From: Proteromonas lacertae | Lineage: Eukaryota | DNA length: 64,000 bases | Assembly (NCBI GenBank): GCA_002245135.1 | Contig: NGBS01000888.1 | Span: 62,001-126,000, forward strand | Direction: 5' to 3' | Part shown: positions 41,641 to 55,939 of the stretch, one piece after another | Layout: each line of letters starts with the position of its first letter | Position numbering within the stretch: position 1 is the first letter of the stretch | Notes under the pieces: generated by a model | Database searches by the model: none | The model's input: the letters and a program-made list of their open reading frames with translations, nothing else | What the model was told of the DNA's origin: nothing | Position numbers and translations under genes: made by a program

Positions 41641-43431
41641 ATGATGATACATAAAGGAGGTGGTCGTTCAATAATAGGCGAGGGTAATATATCAAACATA
41701 AATGTATCAATGAAAAGGCCAAGTAATAAGATTCTTCAGCCGCTCTACCCACCAATTGAAGTAATTGTACATCCAATTACTTCAATTATTGTATATTTAT
41801 ATAGTAATGGTATAAAATATTTATAGGAAGAAATAGAAGAATCCGCCAAGTATGATAAATTACCTGAAAGCGATTATATTTATGGTGAAAGTCTGTTCCA
41901 CAAATCTACTGCTAAAATAAATCACACAAAGATAGAATATAATAATGAAACAAATGTGAAAGAATCGGAAAGAAATTTTAATAATGATAATATTATTACA
42001 ATAGAATTAAGTGATATACAGGAATATCCTGATGAAAATTATTTCATAGAAGATTATATTGTATTTTTTATAACTTATTTCATATGTTTTTAGAATAGAT
42101 TAAAATGGGATGAAGAAATCTATGGAGCTGAATCATATTCAAGATTTTGCCCAATAAAGATGAATTCAGAAGTTGTTAATTTAAATAACACTGGTAATTA
42201 CACATTACAATCCAATAAAACAACAATCATAGATTCAAGGTGTTATAAAAAAAGAAAGACTGAAACAGATAGAATTATAGAAATAGTGCAAAATTATCAA
42301 GATTGGCATTATGAATTTAGAGATAATGAATTAATATTAGAACTAGAAAACTTATTAAATGGTCCAAAATCTAAAATATTAATCAGAATAAAAGAAAAAA
42401 ATATTACAATAATTAACTCAATATTTCCAAAGCATGGATATTTCTATGATTTAGTAAATGCACAAATGATTTCACATGGACTTAAACAAAATACTCAACC
42501 AATATCAAATTTTGAAAATGTATTCATTCAACTAAATGTATTAGTTAAAGAAGCAAGTGACTATATAATATTAAAATCCAACCAAATTTTTGATGTCATA
42601 TAAACTTAATTTATATAATTTAATTTTCACTTTATTATTTTGAACATAAATTATATAAAAATTCACAATTTTTTAGATTATATAGATTTACATAGTAATA
42701 TTATAAATAATTAATCTTTTATTGTATTAATAGATAATGAAATAACTGAATATGGATGGTATAATTTTATTCCCAAACATGGTTGTTTTGAGAATCTTGC
42801 TTATCTAAACATCTCCTGTATTTCTTAATTTTATTTAATATATATTTATATTAGCAACTAATTTAAAAGATAGATGGATGCGAATGTATATTGCATTTAT
42901 TAGAAGAAAATGAACTACCAAACTTAGAAGAATTGTATGTTGATTGTATGTATTTGAGAATAATCGTATAAAATAATAGATAATAATATAACTGATATTG
43001 GAGTAGAAATACTCTGTGATGGTTTTTCATTGGGAAATAGTTATTCAATCTGTGTATTATCATTAGTTGGAAATAGAATCTGTGATCCAGGTGTTTCAAT
43101 ATTAAGTGATATTTGTATAGAAGGATTATTACCAAATCTGAGAAAATTGAATTTAGGTGAGAATAAGATTTCCAATGAAGGAGCAATAAAATTATGTGAA
43201 TATTTAGAAAGTAATAATAGTAATACATTAGAAGAATTGTATTTAAACGATAATTCAATTGGTTATGCTGGAGGTAAAATAATAAAAGATTGTTTAATGA
43301 AAGGTGGAGGATATTATTTAAATAATATTGTTTTACATCGAAATTTATTAACACCAACAATGTTAAATCGATTAAAAGAAGCAATAATGATGAGAAGAAG
43401 AGGTTTCTCAGTAGAAGAAACAGAATTATAA
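41641..43431 (+). CDS. RNI-like LRR protein (full-length copy, crosses the inner arm boundary)
   Basis: GT-AG introns 42557-42676 and 42695-42733 give VKEANYIDLHNNEITEYG. Further LRRs include LRKLNLGENKISNEG. One A-run indel near 42866. Confidence 0.68.
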
Positions 43432-43489
43432 AATTTAAAACAATTACCGAAAATATATTCGTTTCATTTATTTATTTTTGTTTGATAAA

Positions 43490-43752
43490 ATGCCAACAAC
43501 TCATATTTGTCTTGATAATATCAGATCATTTGAATTAATTCACTTTGATATATCTCCTGATGGTGTTCATTGTTTAGTTGGAGGAAAGAATGGTATTGTT
43601 TCTTACTTAATGACTTGATCTAGTGTTAAATTACATTGAATTTGAAAGTAACAGTAACTGGAAAATAAAAGATAGAAAATCTCTGCGAGCCTCCAAAAGA
43701 CAAACAATAACAAGTATTTGTGATATAAAATGGAATCCAAATGATAGTATGA

Positions 43753-43789
<37 letters not shown>

Positions 43790-45415
43790 TATGGATGTAT
43801 AGATTCTGTAGTAGCAACTGCTAGTCACTCAGGACAAATAATATTTTGGAATGTTCATTTATCTGGTTCAAACTATGGTTCAAATATATGTAAAGATAAT
43901 TGTGATAATGTAGCCTGTATAAAATGGTGTAATAGTGATATAAATAGATTATATACAGGATGTAGAAATGGTCAAATCTACAGTTTTGATAAAAGAAATC
44001 TATCAAGTAATTTAATCTATTGTAATAAATATAACAATTGCATTAGAACCATTGAAACTGATCCATTTAATAGTAATAATATAATATATGGAACAGATGA
44101 TGGAATAGTGATGATATTTGATATTCGAATGAATAAAGATAGTGGTTTTGAGAATAAAAGTCATAATGGTCCAACATTATGTATAAAACACAGTAAAATA
44201 AATCCCAATATAATAGCAACTGGTGGAAGAGATAAAACTGTAAATGTATGAATAGTAATTTAATATTATTATTTAGATATGGGATGTGAGTGATTTTAGT
44301 AATTTTAAAAGAATAAATACATTATATGCTGAGAATAGTGTAATATCGATGGATTGGAGACCAAACTATGAAAGTATTAATATTTATAATATCAATAATA
44401 ATAATGAATAGATCAAATAGCGATAGGTTCAATGTTATCACCAGATACACATATTTGGGATACAAGACAAAAATATCGATTTGAATATATAATTGAAACA
44501 AATCGATTTAAATCAACTGAATTGAAATGGACTGGAATTCCAGGTGATTCAAATAATAAAAGTAAAGAAGATTATATAATAAATATTGGTGAAAGTGGAA
44601 ATTCATTAGAAGTTAGCAAGATAACTGAATCATTATCTGTGAAGATTATTCTACCAATGAATTGTTTGTATTATGATAAATCAAACAATCTCTATAATTA
44701 TAATGAAGAAAAAGATAGAGATAACACAATTAGAACAAGAAGTGCAGTATGTGAGAATATAAAGATATATGAATTGGATAGAGAATTGATAGGTTTACCT
44801 GAAATAGAAACAATAAAATATTTAGTGAATAATTATAAAATAGGAAATACAATAGAAATATTAAATCACAATAGTAAAATAGCTGAGAAAGTGAATCGAA
44901 ATGATATAAGTGAACGTTGGTCAATATTAATATCAATAATTCCATTAAAATGTGAGATATTCAATGAAAAAGAAAGATTAGATTTAATAAAAGAGTTGAT
45001 ATTGTATTATATAGAAGAAAGTGATATATTTCATTATATATTTATAGTGTTGTGTTTTCAAGATTATTGTCTTAAAATATTTAATAAAGAAATATTAGAG
45101 AATTGGTATAGTGAATTTATAGATTTGTTAAGATCATTAAATCTTCATACTGAAGCTACAAGAATGTGTTCTTTGGATGTACAACCAAATCTATTTGGAA
45201 GAAATCATGATCATGAACAATCCAGTAGAATTGATCAAGTAAAAGGGAAGACAATATGTATGTTTTGTCATTTACCAGTAATTGGTATTTATATTTGGTG
45301 TAGTGTATGTCATCATGGTGGTCATATGAAACATTTTACTAAATGGTTTGAAGATAATGATAAATGTCCTGAATGTGATCATGTATGTAGAAATATGATG
45401 AAAATAACATCTTAA
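43490..45415 (+). CDS. WDR24: GATOR2/SEA complex subunit WDR24 (Sea2/Rtc1)-like
   Basis: WD40 repeats with ATGGRDKTVN|IWD and DWRP. C-terminal CMFCHLPVIGIYIWCSVCHHGGHMKHFTKWF..CPECDHVC zinc finger. Confidence 0.8.
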
Positions 45416-45520
45416 TGTATTTATATGTTGTGTAATAATTGTGTTTTATGAATTGTAATAAATAAAGCCGTTTCTATTTTTCATTTTAGATTTTAAAATC
45501 TTTGATTTTCTTAATTACAG

Positions 45521-45801
45521 ATGTCTTCAGAAGCTTCACAAAATAGGTATTGAGTTATGTTATATTTACATATAGTTGGCCAGATTTAGTTGGTCATGAT
45601 GCTGATGAAGTAGTAAGACTAATCAAAGAACAAAACCCATCTTTGAATGTAGTGAAATTAGGTGAAGTATGTTATTAAAAGAATGATATTTAAATTAAAT
45701 AGAATCAACCAGCTACAATGGATTATCGTATGGATAGAGTTCGAGTAGTATTTGATAGTGCCAATAATGTAGCTAATTCCACCAACAGTTGGATAGATTG
45801 A
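45521..45801 (+). CDS. Potato inhibitor I (MEROPS I13, eglin/CI-2) family serine-protease inhibitor, copy 1
   Basis: Three exons: MSSEASQNSWPDLVG..IKEQNPSLNVVKLGE|NQPATMDYRMDRVRVVFD. A 1-nt insertion near 45773 shifts the PPTVG tail. Confidence 0.85.
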
Positions 45802-46093
45802 ATGAATAATTATGTTTTAGTGAAATAATAATAGTTATGAGAAATTCATAATTTTATTTCGTTATAGAAGAATTTCATCATCATAATATAAAATAAATAA
45901 TCATATATTCTATTAAAGAAATGATAACTAAAGTGTTAATTGTAGAAATAACACTTTAACTTACTATTCAAAATTCTCACTAGTTAAATAATATATAAAA
46001 AAATAATTCATTCTTCTTTATGTGCAAACTATGGTGAGTTATGTAAAATAAAAATTCAAGCTTAAGCTTGCTCATTTTCTATTTTTTGTAAAT

Positions 46094-46762
46094 ATGGATA
46101 ATATAGAGACTTTAGTGATTTATTATATTGATGAATTAATTAAAATTAGTGAATGTAGCCCAAACCAAAATCAATTTACTAATATGCTTTGGTCTATGAG
46201 TAAAGATGACTTAAATAGAACATTTAGTGTATTAAACAGATATGGAATGTGGAGAAAATTCCAATATCTTGCGAGATGTTTAATTCCTATCCTATATGCA
46301 AAGATTGTCTTACTTCAACAATATAATACTGGTTTATGTAATGAATGTGCTGAAGCATTGATTATGTTGTTAAAATATCCAATAATAGACTCAGAAGTTT
46401 TGATTAGTGTTAATTTTATTAGTTATTTGTTGTCAATAATAAGAACATAGTATAAATAATATATTATGTAATGTATAGTGTAAATAATAAACAAATGGAT
46501 GAATATATAAAAAAGTTGATAATTTTGACAATGCAAAGATTACCTTTATACCAACAAAATAAATTATATTCAGCTATGTACATAGTATATTTTGATGTTA
46601 TATATATATGAAATAGAGATACTTTAATTCATCACCATTGGTGGATTTATTCTATTTACAACCTCAAAAATCACATTATCCAAATGGATTATATGGTTCT
46701 GCACTTGAAGATCGTATTTTCATACATACAATACCATGCGATGATGATAATATAGCTTATTT
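46094..46762 (+). pseudogene. 5'-only fragment of the USP gene at 59821-63394
   Basis: Lies inside the inverted duplicate and is cut 5 bp before the right 6.8-kb arm. No catalytic domain. Confidence 0.8.
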
Positions 46763-46767
46763 CAATG

Positions 46768-47851
46768 CAATAAAAGATTAATTATTTATAATATTACTAT
46801 GTAAATCTATATAATCTAAAAAATTGTGAATTTTTATATAATTTATGTTCAAAATAATAAAGTGAAAATTAAATTATATAAATTAAGTTTATATGACATC
46901 AAAAATTTGGTTGGATTTTAATATTATATAGTCACTTGCTTCTTTAACTAATACATTTAGTTGAATGAATACATTTTCAAAATTTGATATTGGTTGAGTA
47001 TTTTGTTTAAGTCCATGTGAAATCATTTGTGCATTTACTAAATCATAGAAATATCCATGCTTTGGAAATATTGAGTTAATTATTGTAATATTTTTTTCTT
47101 TTATTCTGATTAATATTTTAGATTTTGGACCATTTAATAAGTTTTCTAGTTCTAATATTAATTCATTATCTCTAAATTCATAATGCCAATCTTGATAATT
47201 TTGCACTATTTCTATAATTCTATCTGTTTCAGTCTTTCTTTTTTTATAACACCTTGAATCTATGATTGTTGTTTTATTGGATTGTAATGTGTAATTACCA
47301 GTGTTATTTAAATTAACAACTTCTGAATTCATCTTTATTGGGCAAAATCTTGAATATGATTCAGCTCCATAGATTTCTTCATCCCATTTTAATCTATTCT
47401 AAAAACATATGAAATAAGTTATAAAAAATACAATATAATCTTCTATGAAATAATTTTCATCAGGATATTCCTGTATATCACTTAATTCTATTGTAATAAT
47501 ATTATCATTATTAAAATTTCTTTCCGATTCTTTCACATTTGTTTCATTATTATATTCTATCTTTGTGTGATTTATTTTAGCAGTAGATTTGTGGAACAGA
47601 CTTTCACCATAAATATAATCGCTTTCAGGTAATTTATCATACTTGGCGGATTCTTCTATTTCTTCCTATAAATATTTTATACCATTACTATATAAATATA
47701 CAATAATTGAAGTAATTGGATGTACAATTACTTCAATTGGTGGGTAGAGCGGCTGAAGAATCTTATTACTTGGCCTTTTCATTGATACATTTATGTTTGA
47801 TATATTACCCTCGCCTATTATTGAACGACCACCTCCTTTATGTATCATCAT
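46768..47851 (-). pseudogene. 3'-truncated copy of the LRR gene 41641-43431
   Basis: The arm ends inside an intron, so the downstream LRR exons are absent. Confidence 0.7.
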
Positions 47852-48102
47852 TCTGTAAAAATGTTAAAATAAGATGTTAGTTTCTATCCAAATTACCATA
47901 ATGAGATATACTTAAGAAGATGTATGCCTTTTAATACTATAGAACTATCAAATAACAAAAATAGCAGTCTAGATAAAACAATTGTAAAACTTGGCTCGAG
48001 CTTCTTAATATATGAAAGGTCTAAATTAATTTTCATTCGTTATATAAAAATTTCATAAAAAATTAGCCTCAGCTAAATTTTTGCTAAATTTTCGATTTCA
48101 TC

Positions 48103-49636
48103 ATGAGCTCAATTTTGTTGAATGTAAATATTGGTCAAACAGTAGATTATCAAATTATGTACTCAGATTCAAATAGAAATCATACTATTGACAATGATTT
48201 TTACATTGATCCTAAAGAACGAGTATATAGAAGACATTATTATTGCATTATTGTTTAGGTTATTGTAAATGAATTTAAAACGATAGGAATAGGTGAAAAT
48301 GGGATGTTTATTGCAATTGTTAAAGATTCTAATGAGAATACGTTGTTAATATCAAATGAATCTATTCATTTCGAGTATCTTAGCAAGAATATCAATTATG
48401 AAAGCTATGTTCAGAAATGTATAACTTAATTTCTACATTGACTCAGTAAAATCTCTACATTATATGTTTAGTTTTACAATAATAATATCTAATGGATACA
48501 ATGTTTATAAGGTTAAATATGATTCATCAAAAGGATATAAGATTAAAGATTTATCATCAAATTTATATTACTTTTCATACAAAAAGATTAATAAGAGTAA
48601 AAGTAATATATGGTCATTAAGGAAAGTATGGTCAGCAATGATAAACAAGATTGAAGGAAGTAGTAACAAATCGAAAAAGATAATAGAAATAATAAACAAT
48701 AAGATATTTGATGAGAAAAATAACAGTTATAATGTGATTGTCAAGAATAATTCAAACAATATAGAAAGCTGTTTTTATTCCTTATATAAAATGGAAAAAA
48801 AAATTATAAAAGAATTTATCATAACAAATGTGATTCGAGAATATTCTAATTATTTAATGAATAAATCAAAGCCAATGACTAAGGGATTAGTATCTCCACC
48901 AATATGTGCATTTAATGTATATGCAAAATACTCAAGAGAAGAAATAATAAAAAAGTATTATACAGGCGATTTAAAAGATAAGAGTAGTATAAATAAGACT
49001 ATTGGTAAATTATGGAATAATATGTCAGCTTGTAAGAAACAAAAGTATATAATAACATTATTCATTCTTCTTTATAGATATGAAGAATTTTCCTACTTAG
49101 ATAAGATTAGATATTACTTTGAGAATCAGTTATACATAGATGAATATCCAGATTTAAGTGAAATGCAACTTCCACTCGGATATAAAGAATTTTTAAAAAA
49201 GAAAAACAATGAAAGTTTAAATGAAAATAGAAATAGTAATAAAAGAAAAATAGATAATGACATTTGTCAAAACAATCCAGCAAAGAAAGCGAAAGTAAAT
49301 GAGTTTAAATCACAAACAGAAATAACAGAATTATCTTCAAGTAATGTAATATCAAAAGAATTTAAAGTAAAATCTGAATATATATGTTACAATTGTGTAA
49401 AATCAATAGCAGAGGAAAACACAATAAAGCTTAGTTCAAAAACAGAAGATGATTTTCCTTATTTTGAATTCATAATTGATGATAATGATTCATTCGCAAG
49501 ACAAGTTACTTTATTATCCGATGAAGAAGATGAAATTTTTTCAGATTTATTACCAATTCCAGATAATAGCAATAATAAGTCCCTATTCTATTCGTATTTA
49601 TATTCATGTGAACATTTTAATTATTTTAATTATTAA
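48103..49636 (+). CDS. HMG-box protein, duplicate
   Basis: Mirror of 39856-41389 with an identical 390-aa ORF. Confidence 0.78.
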
Positions 49637-49894
49637 TGTATGTATGTTAATATCTTCCATTAGTCTATTATTTTCACTATACATTACATAATTACATAAT
49701 GCATCTATTCATACTATGTTCTTATTATTGACAGCAAATAATTAACTCTAATAAAAACTTCAGAGTACAGCTTTGATGTTTTTATTATTTTTTTCAAAAA
49801 ACAATATCAATAAATTTAGATTATTATATTCCTGGTTACAGAAAAGACTCCTTCTGGAACTATATCCTCCTTTTGTCCTATCCCCTTCTCTACC

Positions 49895-51559
49895 TCATAT
49901 ATGATTATCACTTAAATTGAGTTTTACCTTTTCCTTAATATTTTTTAAACCATCCACAAAACATTTTAATCCAATTATAGATAACCCCATTTCTATTATA
50001 ATTAAATATAATTAATATACTAGAACAATCTATTCTATTTTTATCATCTTTTAATAAATACAAATATGGAGATAATATTTTCATTCCATCATCTCCTATC
50101 TCATTTCCACTTAAAAGAACCTCTTCAAGATATGTTAATGATAATAAATTATTAATCAATATTTCTATACTTTCATATGTAAGTTTATTATCTAACAATA
50201 TATAACATATTATGTTATACTGCTCAAATCAATCTTCCATATTTCTCTAAATTCATTAAACCTAATAGAAATGAAGGATTTAAAAAAATCATCATCCATT
50301 TCTAAACTATTCAGATTCAATTGACCATAATTGATATATTTGAGTAATTCTGGAATTTCTTTATCAATCAGTAATTCTTTATTATTTCCATTTAATTCAA
50401 ATACTATTTTAGATATAGGAAATTTGGAAAATAAGGTTTTTAATCCATTGGAATGAATACTATGGTTATATCTAATATCTATTCTTCTAAGTTTTGGATA
50501 TTTTAATAATTCTTGTGATAATAATATCATCGATTCATCATTTAAATTCATTTGACAAAGGTTTAGTTTATTTTCTTTGTTGATCAATAAATGTAGATAT
50601 GGTAATATTAATTTAAACCCTTTTGAACTAATTGGATTATCTATTTCATAATAGCATAAGCAATATATACTTTCAAGGTTAATATATTCCAATTTCATTA
50701 ATGGAATTGATTTTGTAAAGGATTCAACAAAACGATAAGTAAGATTACAATGCGATAAATCTAATTCTCGAAGATTTAATAATTGAGTAAAATATGAGAA
50801 AAATAATTTTTCATACTTGAGTGGAATATTTATACCAAATTTGAGTTTTGTTGGATTTATTAGTTTTAGCATTCTTAAACAGAAATTAATTCCTTCTTCG
50901 CATAAACATACACATTTTGAATCTATTTTTACTCTTTCCTTATCTCTTCTATATACATTAACATTGAATATCATTTCATCCAAATAACATTCTCCATATC
51001 TGCATTTATGATATTTTTGAAACTTTAGTTTGTCTTTTATAGATTCATCTTCTTTATACAATTTCATCATCAATAATATTGATAATATTCTTTCGTTTGG
51101 TTCATTGTTGTATGATTCAACTAAAGCATCTCGATTTTCATCATATTTATAACTTTGGAGATAATATTGGGATGGATAAACTATTGGAAATCTAACAATA
51201 CTATAATCAATATTATGCAATGTTTCTTTTCTTTCATTATATTTCATTAGATTATGATCTGAACCTTTTGCTATTTTACTCATTTTTATCATTTTTTTCT
51301 TCAATACATTTAAGTAGAAACTATATATTTTCGATTTATTATAGATGTTGTCATCTCTTTCACGCATTATATTATAAAGCTTCAAATTACTATTTGATGA
51401 GCCATATTCACTTAATATTATGATATTTGCTATAATTTGTGTTTGAAACGGATAAATAGAAGATGAACAATAATCCATCATATTATTGTTGTTTTCACAG
51501 TATTTTAACATCTTCTTCTCTAGTATCTCATTAATAGTAAGTAGTTTCATCTTCTTCAT
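49895..51559 (-). CDS. Pseudokinase-remnant LRR protein, duplicate
   Basis: Mirror of 37933-39597. Confidence 0.72.
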
Positions 51560-52093
51560 ATCTTTTATATATTTTGCTTCAAAATCTACTTCAGTATCAC
51601 TCTTTACTACCCGCTCTTTTATCTATCCGATATATTAAATAATAATACTTCCAATTTCAGTATGTGATATTTCAATAACTCTTCCATACAATGAAATTTG
51701 GGTGAAATTAACATTTTTGAAAATTGAGTCGTTTCAGTTATTGAATATTCTTTTTCTTCTTTTCTTGTTTAATTACCCATATTTTAAATTTTTCCAACAT
51801 CCATGATATACTTCCGCATATTGTTGATGCAATTATAAACCTACTTCATTTCTACTCATTTCTTCTGTTTATTTCGTCTATTCCAATAAATTATTTCATA
51901 TCTTTGAGTAATCATGGTAAGATTAATTATATCATTTTATTTGCTTAGAAATCAAGAAAAACAATTTTGTTTCAAAATATTTAGTCGTTTCATTTTTGAC
52001 TTTTCAAAAGAACATGATTATATATAGAATTACATAAATTACACATTTGTAATTGTTTGAATATTGTTTCATTACAAAAATATTAATAAATAA

Positions 52094-53254
52094 TCATATA
52101 ACTAAATATGCTTCATTCATACTTCGACAAACTGGACATTTATCTACTTCTTTTATACATTCATCACAGATGATTTTATGTCTACAACCTACAAATATTG
52201 TATTTACTTTATTTGTCAAACAAATTATACAATCATCATCTTTCTCTGTTTTACTACTTCTCTTTTCTTCACTCTTTGTTACTATTGGTTCAACTATTGT
52301 TCTAGTTTCAGTTTTACTTTCAGTAGTTGTCATTATTATTGGAGGTGTTATTTCAGTTGTATTTATATTTCCTACTGTTGTTCTTGATGTAACATTATTA
52401 TTTTCAGATGATTGGACTTTATCATTATTACTATCAATTACACTCAGTGAATTAGTCAATAATGGAGAAGTAGAATGACTATTACACAATGGATCAGTTA
52501 CATTTATATTAAATACATCTCTTGTATTAATCAACATCCTACTATTACTATGATTATTATTATTATTATTAGATTGAGAATTTTCTTCATTTACTACACC
52601 CAATGGTATTACTTCCATTCCACCTATTTCTCTTTGAGATATTCGGATTGTCTTTATAATTATCTTCTTCATATTAATGGTAATAATATTTCTTCATCAG
52701 TATATCCATTCAATGGTTTCAATACTGATTTTATTACATTTACTCTTTCATTTCTATCAATATAATGAGTAACATTCTTAAATTCAACTCCATAAAAGAA
52801 TTGTATTGATATTTCTTTATTTACATACATTTCCATTCTATGCATATCATTTTCGGTTTTGATTTCGGATATATACGTAAAAGGAATAGATATTGAAGGT
52901 ATCACTACTATTGAACGAGATTTACAACTTATCAAATCCATTAAATGAGTTTCTGCTATTGACTCCAGAGTAGATCTATCACAATACAAATCACTACTAT
53001 CTAGAATCTATTCAAATGTTATATATTTTATTATACGATTGGATTTCGAAGTGATCGACTTTAATAATATGTATATCTGATTTTGAATAAGATTTTAAAT
53101 AACACTATTAAATCATAATATTCATTATACAGTATAAGAAAGACAATATAAACAACACAAAAAAGACGTACAATTCTTCAGGTGTAATATATTTGGGTAA
53201 AACATCTATACTTATTAAGTTTTTATGACTTGAAACTCCGAAATCAAAGTTCAT
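52094..53254 (-). CDS. C-terminal RING protein, duplicate
   Basis: Mirror of 36238-37398. Confidence 0.7.
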
Positions 53255-53411
53255 TCGTTATAAAAATCAAAATTTAATATCAAACTATGTTTGAACTTTC
53301 TGAAACGATATAATTTGTTTTATTCTTATAACTCAGCCATTCTTTATCAAACACATTATATTATCATCATTAACAAATACACAAACATTAACATCAACAA
53401 AACTTAATATT

Positions 53412-53653
53412 TTATTTACTTTTATAATAATTACCCCATTTACCACTGTTTTTACTATACCAATCCATTGGATAAATTGCTTTATATTCACATTCACCAA
53501 TACAACAATAAAACTCATAGGGAGTTAAAACTGGTTTGGAAAAGCCAATTCCCCAATCTATACACAACCTTGGACAAGCTATTTCTATCCAATAATCAAC
53601 ATCATCAAATAATGTCAACTAGATATTATACACATAATAGAATATATATATAT
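53412..53653 (-). pseudogene. DPH1: Orphan DPH1 last exon with partial intron
   Basis: Homology to the DPH1 locus stops in the intronic (TA)n tract. WGTG->WGIG change. Confidence 0.88.
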
Positions 53654-53868
53654 TAAGTAAAATATTGATAGACATTGATTTTCACAAAACCTTATTGGAT
53701 TTTTAATTATTGTGTCATTATATAGGTTTATGAATGTGTGAAAACTACAAATAAAATGACAAAAGTCGAAAAGTATGTCATTTGCCTAACTAAGGTTTTA
53801 ACAAAACACAAATATAAACCACAAACCTTTTTATATAAAATAAATTCTAAATTCATAATACTTTTTCT

Positions 53869-53910
53869 TTATTGTTGTTGTGGTTGAAAAAATGGAGGTT
53901 GTTGTAATGG

Positions 53911-53942
<32 letters not shown>

Positions 53943-55700
53943 GATCAATTACAGGAATAGGTAAGTTATTATCTGGTTGTACTGGTGTAAATGGTGGTGG
54001 TATAAATCCTGGCTGTGATTGTTGTGGTGGTATAAATCCTGGTTGTTGAGGTGGTTGTGCATCTCCTGATTGTGGTATAAATGGTGGTGGTTGGTTATTT
54101 GGTGGTGATTGTGGTGGAATATATCCCATTGGTTGATTTGGTACATATACACTTCCACCAGGATAGATATATCCAGAAGGCATACCAGGAACTGCACCAG
54201 GCATTGCACCAGATACTGGATTAAATGGCATGTTTTGAGCTGTCATTGGAACACATTGACATATATATTCCCAAAATTGTTGATCTTCAACTATATTCAA
54301 ATTTAACAATCCTTCTAAACATTGAAAATCATTTGCATAACATACCTGCTTTAATCTTTCACACATTGTAACAGCATCTTGTTCTTTTAATACACCATAA
54401 TATTGCAATATTGTTACTAATTTTGCACTTCCTAACTTATCTCTTAATGCTTCTGCATCTACACAAATATAAAAATAATTGATTAAATACATTTCATTGC
54501 AAACAGTAAAAAACATTCTAATACATTGTTTTCTGTATAATTCAATTGATGATCTTTAGTTACTTTATCATATAAAATTATAAGTCTAGTAAAACTGTCA
54601 ATAAAATCTTGTGGTTCTTTGAATGGTTCTTCAATTTGACATTCTAATAAAATAGTCAAACAATTAATAAATGTTTTATCATTTGTTTCTTTATCTGTTA
54701 CAATTGGTAATATAAGATCAACTAGATTTCCTATTTTCTGTAATGTCTCTTTCATATTCTCAGGTAAATGAAAAGCATTTTTATCACTGTTATATAATTC
54801 AATCAAACAATTATTAATACTATCAGTAGAACTTGGTTCTATTCAAATTACATTATATATATAATATACTAAAATAAACTCTATTTACTCTTGTAGATTC
54901 ATCAGTATCTTCATACAATCTTAAACGATATAATTCACGAATACAATCATCTCCATAATGTATATATTTTATTATATTCTTTATATTCTCTGTAAATTCT
55001 TCAGCTTCATCACCTGAATATCTTTTTCTCATTTCATTATAATATTGTAGAATTCTGTCCAACAAATACTTTTCTGATGGAATGATCATATTTTCGATTT
55101 GACAGATATAATACAATTCTTGAACAGATAATAGATAAATATGATCTAAAACAATAAAACAAATGATTATACTGTTGTCAAAATATATATGACCATGTTG
55201 TACTAAATATTCTACCATTTTTTCTTCTACTCTATCAACGTTTGTTAATATCTCAAGATTCTTCAGGAATTGAGTAACAATTTGTTCATTGATATTAGCA
55301 ATAATAAATCTACAATTAAAAATCATGATTATACTCTGAGGTTTTACTACTAAGTATATCTATTTGGAGTACAACTGCTGCAACTAGTAATTCTATACAA
55401 TTTGCTACAGAAATATCAACTTTTGCTCCACCTAATAATCTCATACATTGTTCAAATGCAGCAGGTGATACTCTTTCAATCATAATTTGATTACTACCAT
55501 TAGATGAGTCAATCATGGCTTTTAAATATGAGTTAGTGATGGATATAAATTCTCTATTTCCTTTAAATATCTTCCCATTAACAATAAACTCGACATTACC
55601 ATAACCATTGTTTATTAACTCATATATATATCTAATACATTAGCAGTAAGTAATAATACCCATTTATAGGTCTATCAATTACAACATAACTATCAGACAT
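53869..55700 (-). CDS. BTB-like protein with P/Q-rich C-terminus
   Basis: GYGNVEFIVNGKIFKGNR..YLKAMI..AFEQCMRLL..NCIELLVAAVVLQID BTB pattern. Exons joined by GT-AG introns. Confidence 0.7.
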
Positions 55701-55939
55701 CTATAAAAGAAGAAATTTTAAAAAATGTGAAAAAATCTTCAATTCTATTTTGACAATATTACTTATTTACATATCACTTTTTACACCACTGCTACATTGA
55801 TTAACTCAAGACAAATACACTATTTATGCTTAGAATATGCTAATTCATATTTCATTTATCAATAACAACATATTCAATAAATTAAAAACGAAATTTACAT
55901 TAACTATCAACTAATTTCTTTATCCATATTCATTACATA

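Larger units (their letters stand above)
35887..42724 (+). repeat. Left arm of 6838-bp inverted duplication
   Basis: ORFs mirror those of 46768-53605 with constant coordinate sum 89492. Only isolated substitutions seen (e.g. 36430). Confidence 0.97.
45483..46762. repeat. Inverted duplication of at least 1.28 kb, partner 62725-64000 (runs off the window)
   Basis: Reverse-complement match with a few substitutions and small indels. Confidence 0.93.
46768..53605 (-). repeat. Right arm of 6838-bp inverted duplication
   Basis: Reverse complement of 35887-42724. Confidence 0.97.

Noticed and set aside
42598..42630. Possible 33-nt AT-AC intron in the LRR gene
   Set aside because: It lacks the ATATCY 5' consensus, and a canonical GT-AG intron 42557-42676 explains the frame.
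35887..53605. Giant transposon (Maverick-like) with long terminal inverted repeats
   Set aside because: No transposase, integrase or polymerase, no target-site duplication, and the arms consist of ordinary host genes cut mid-gene.
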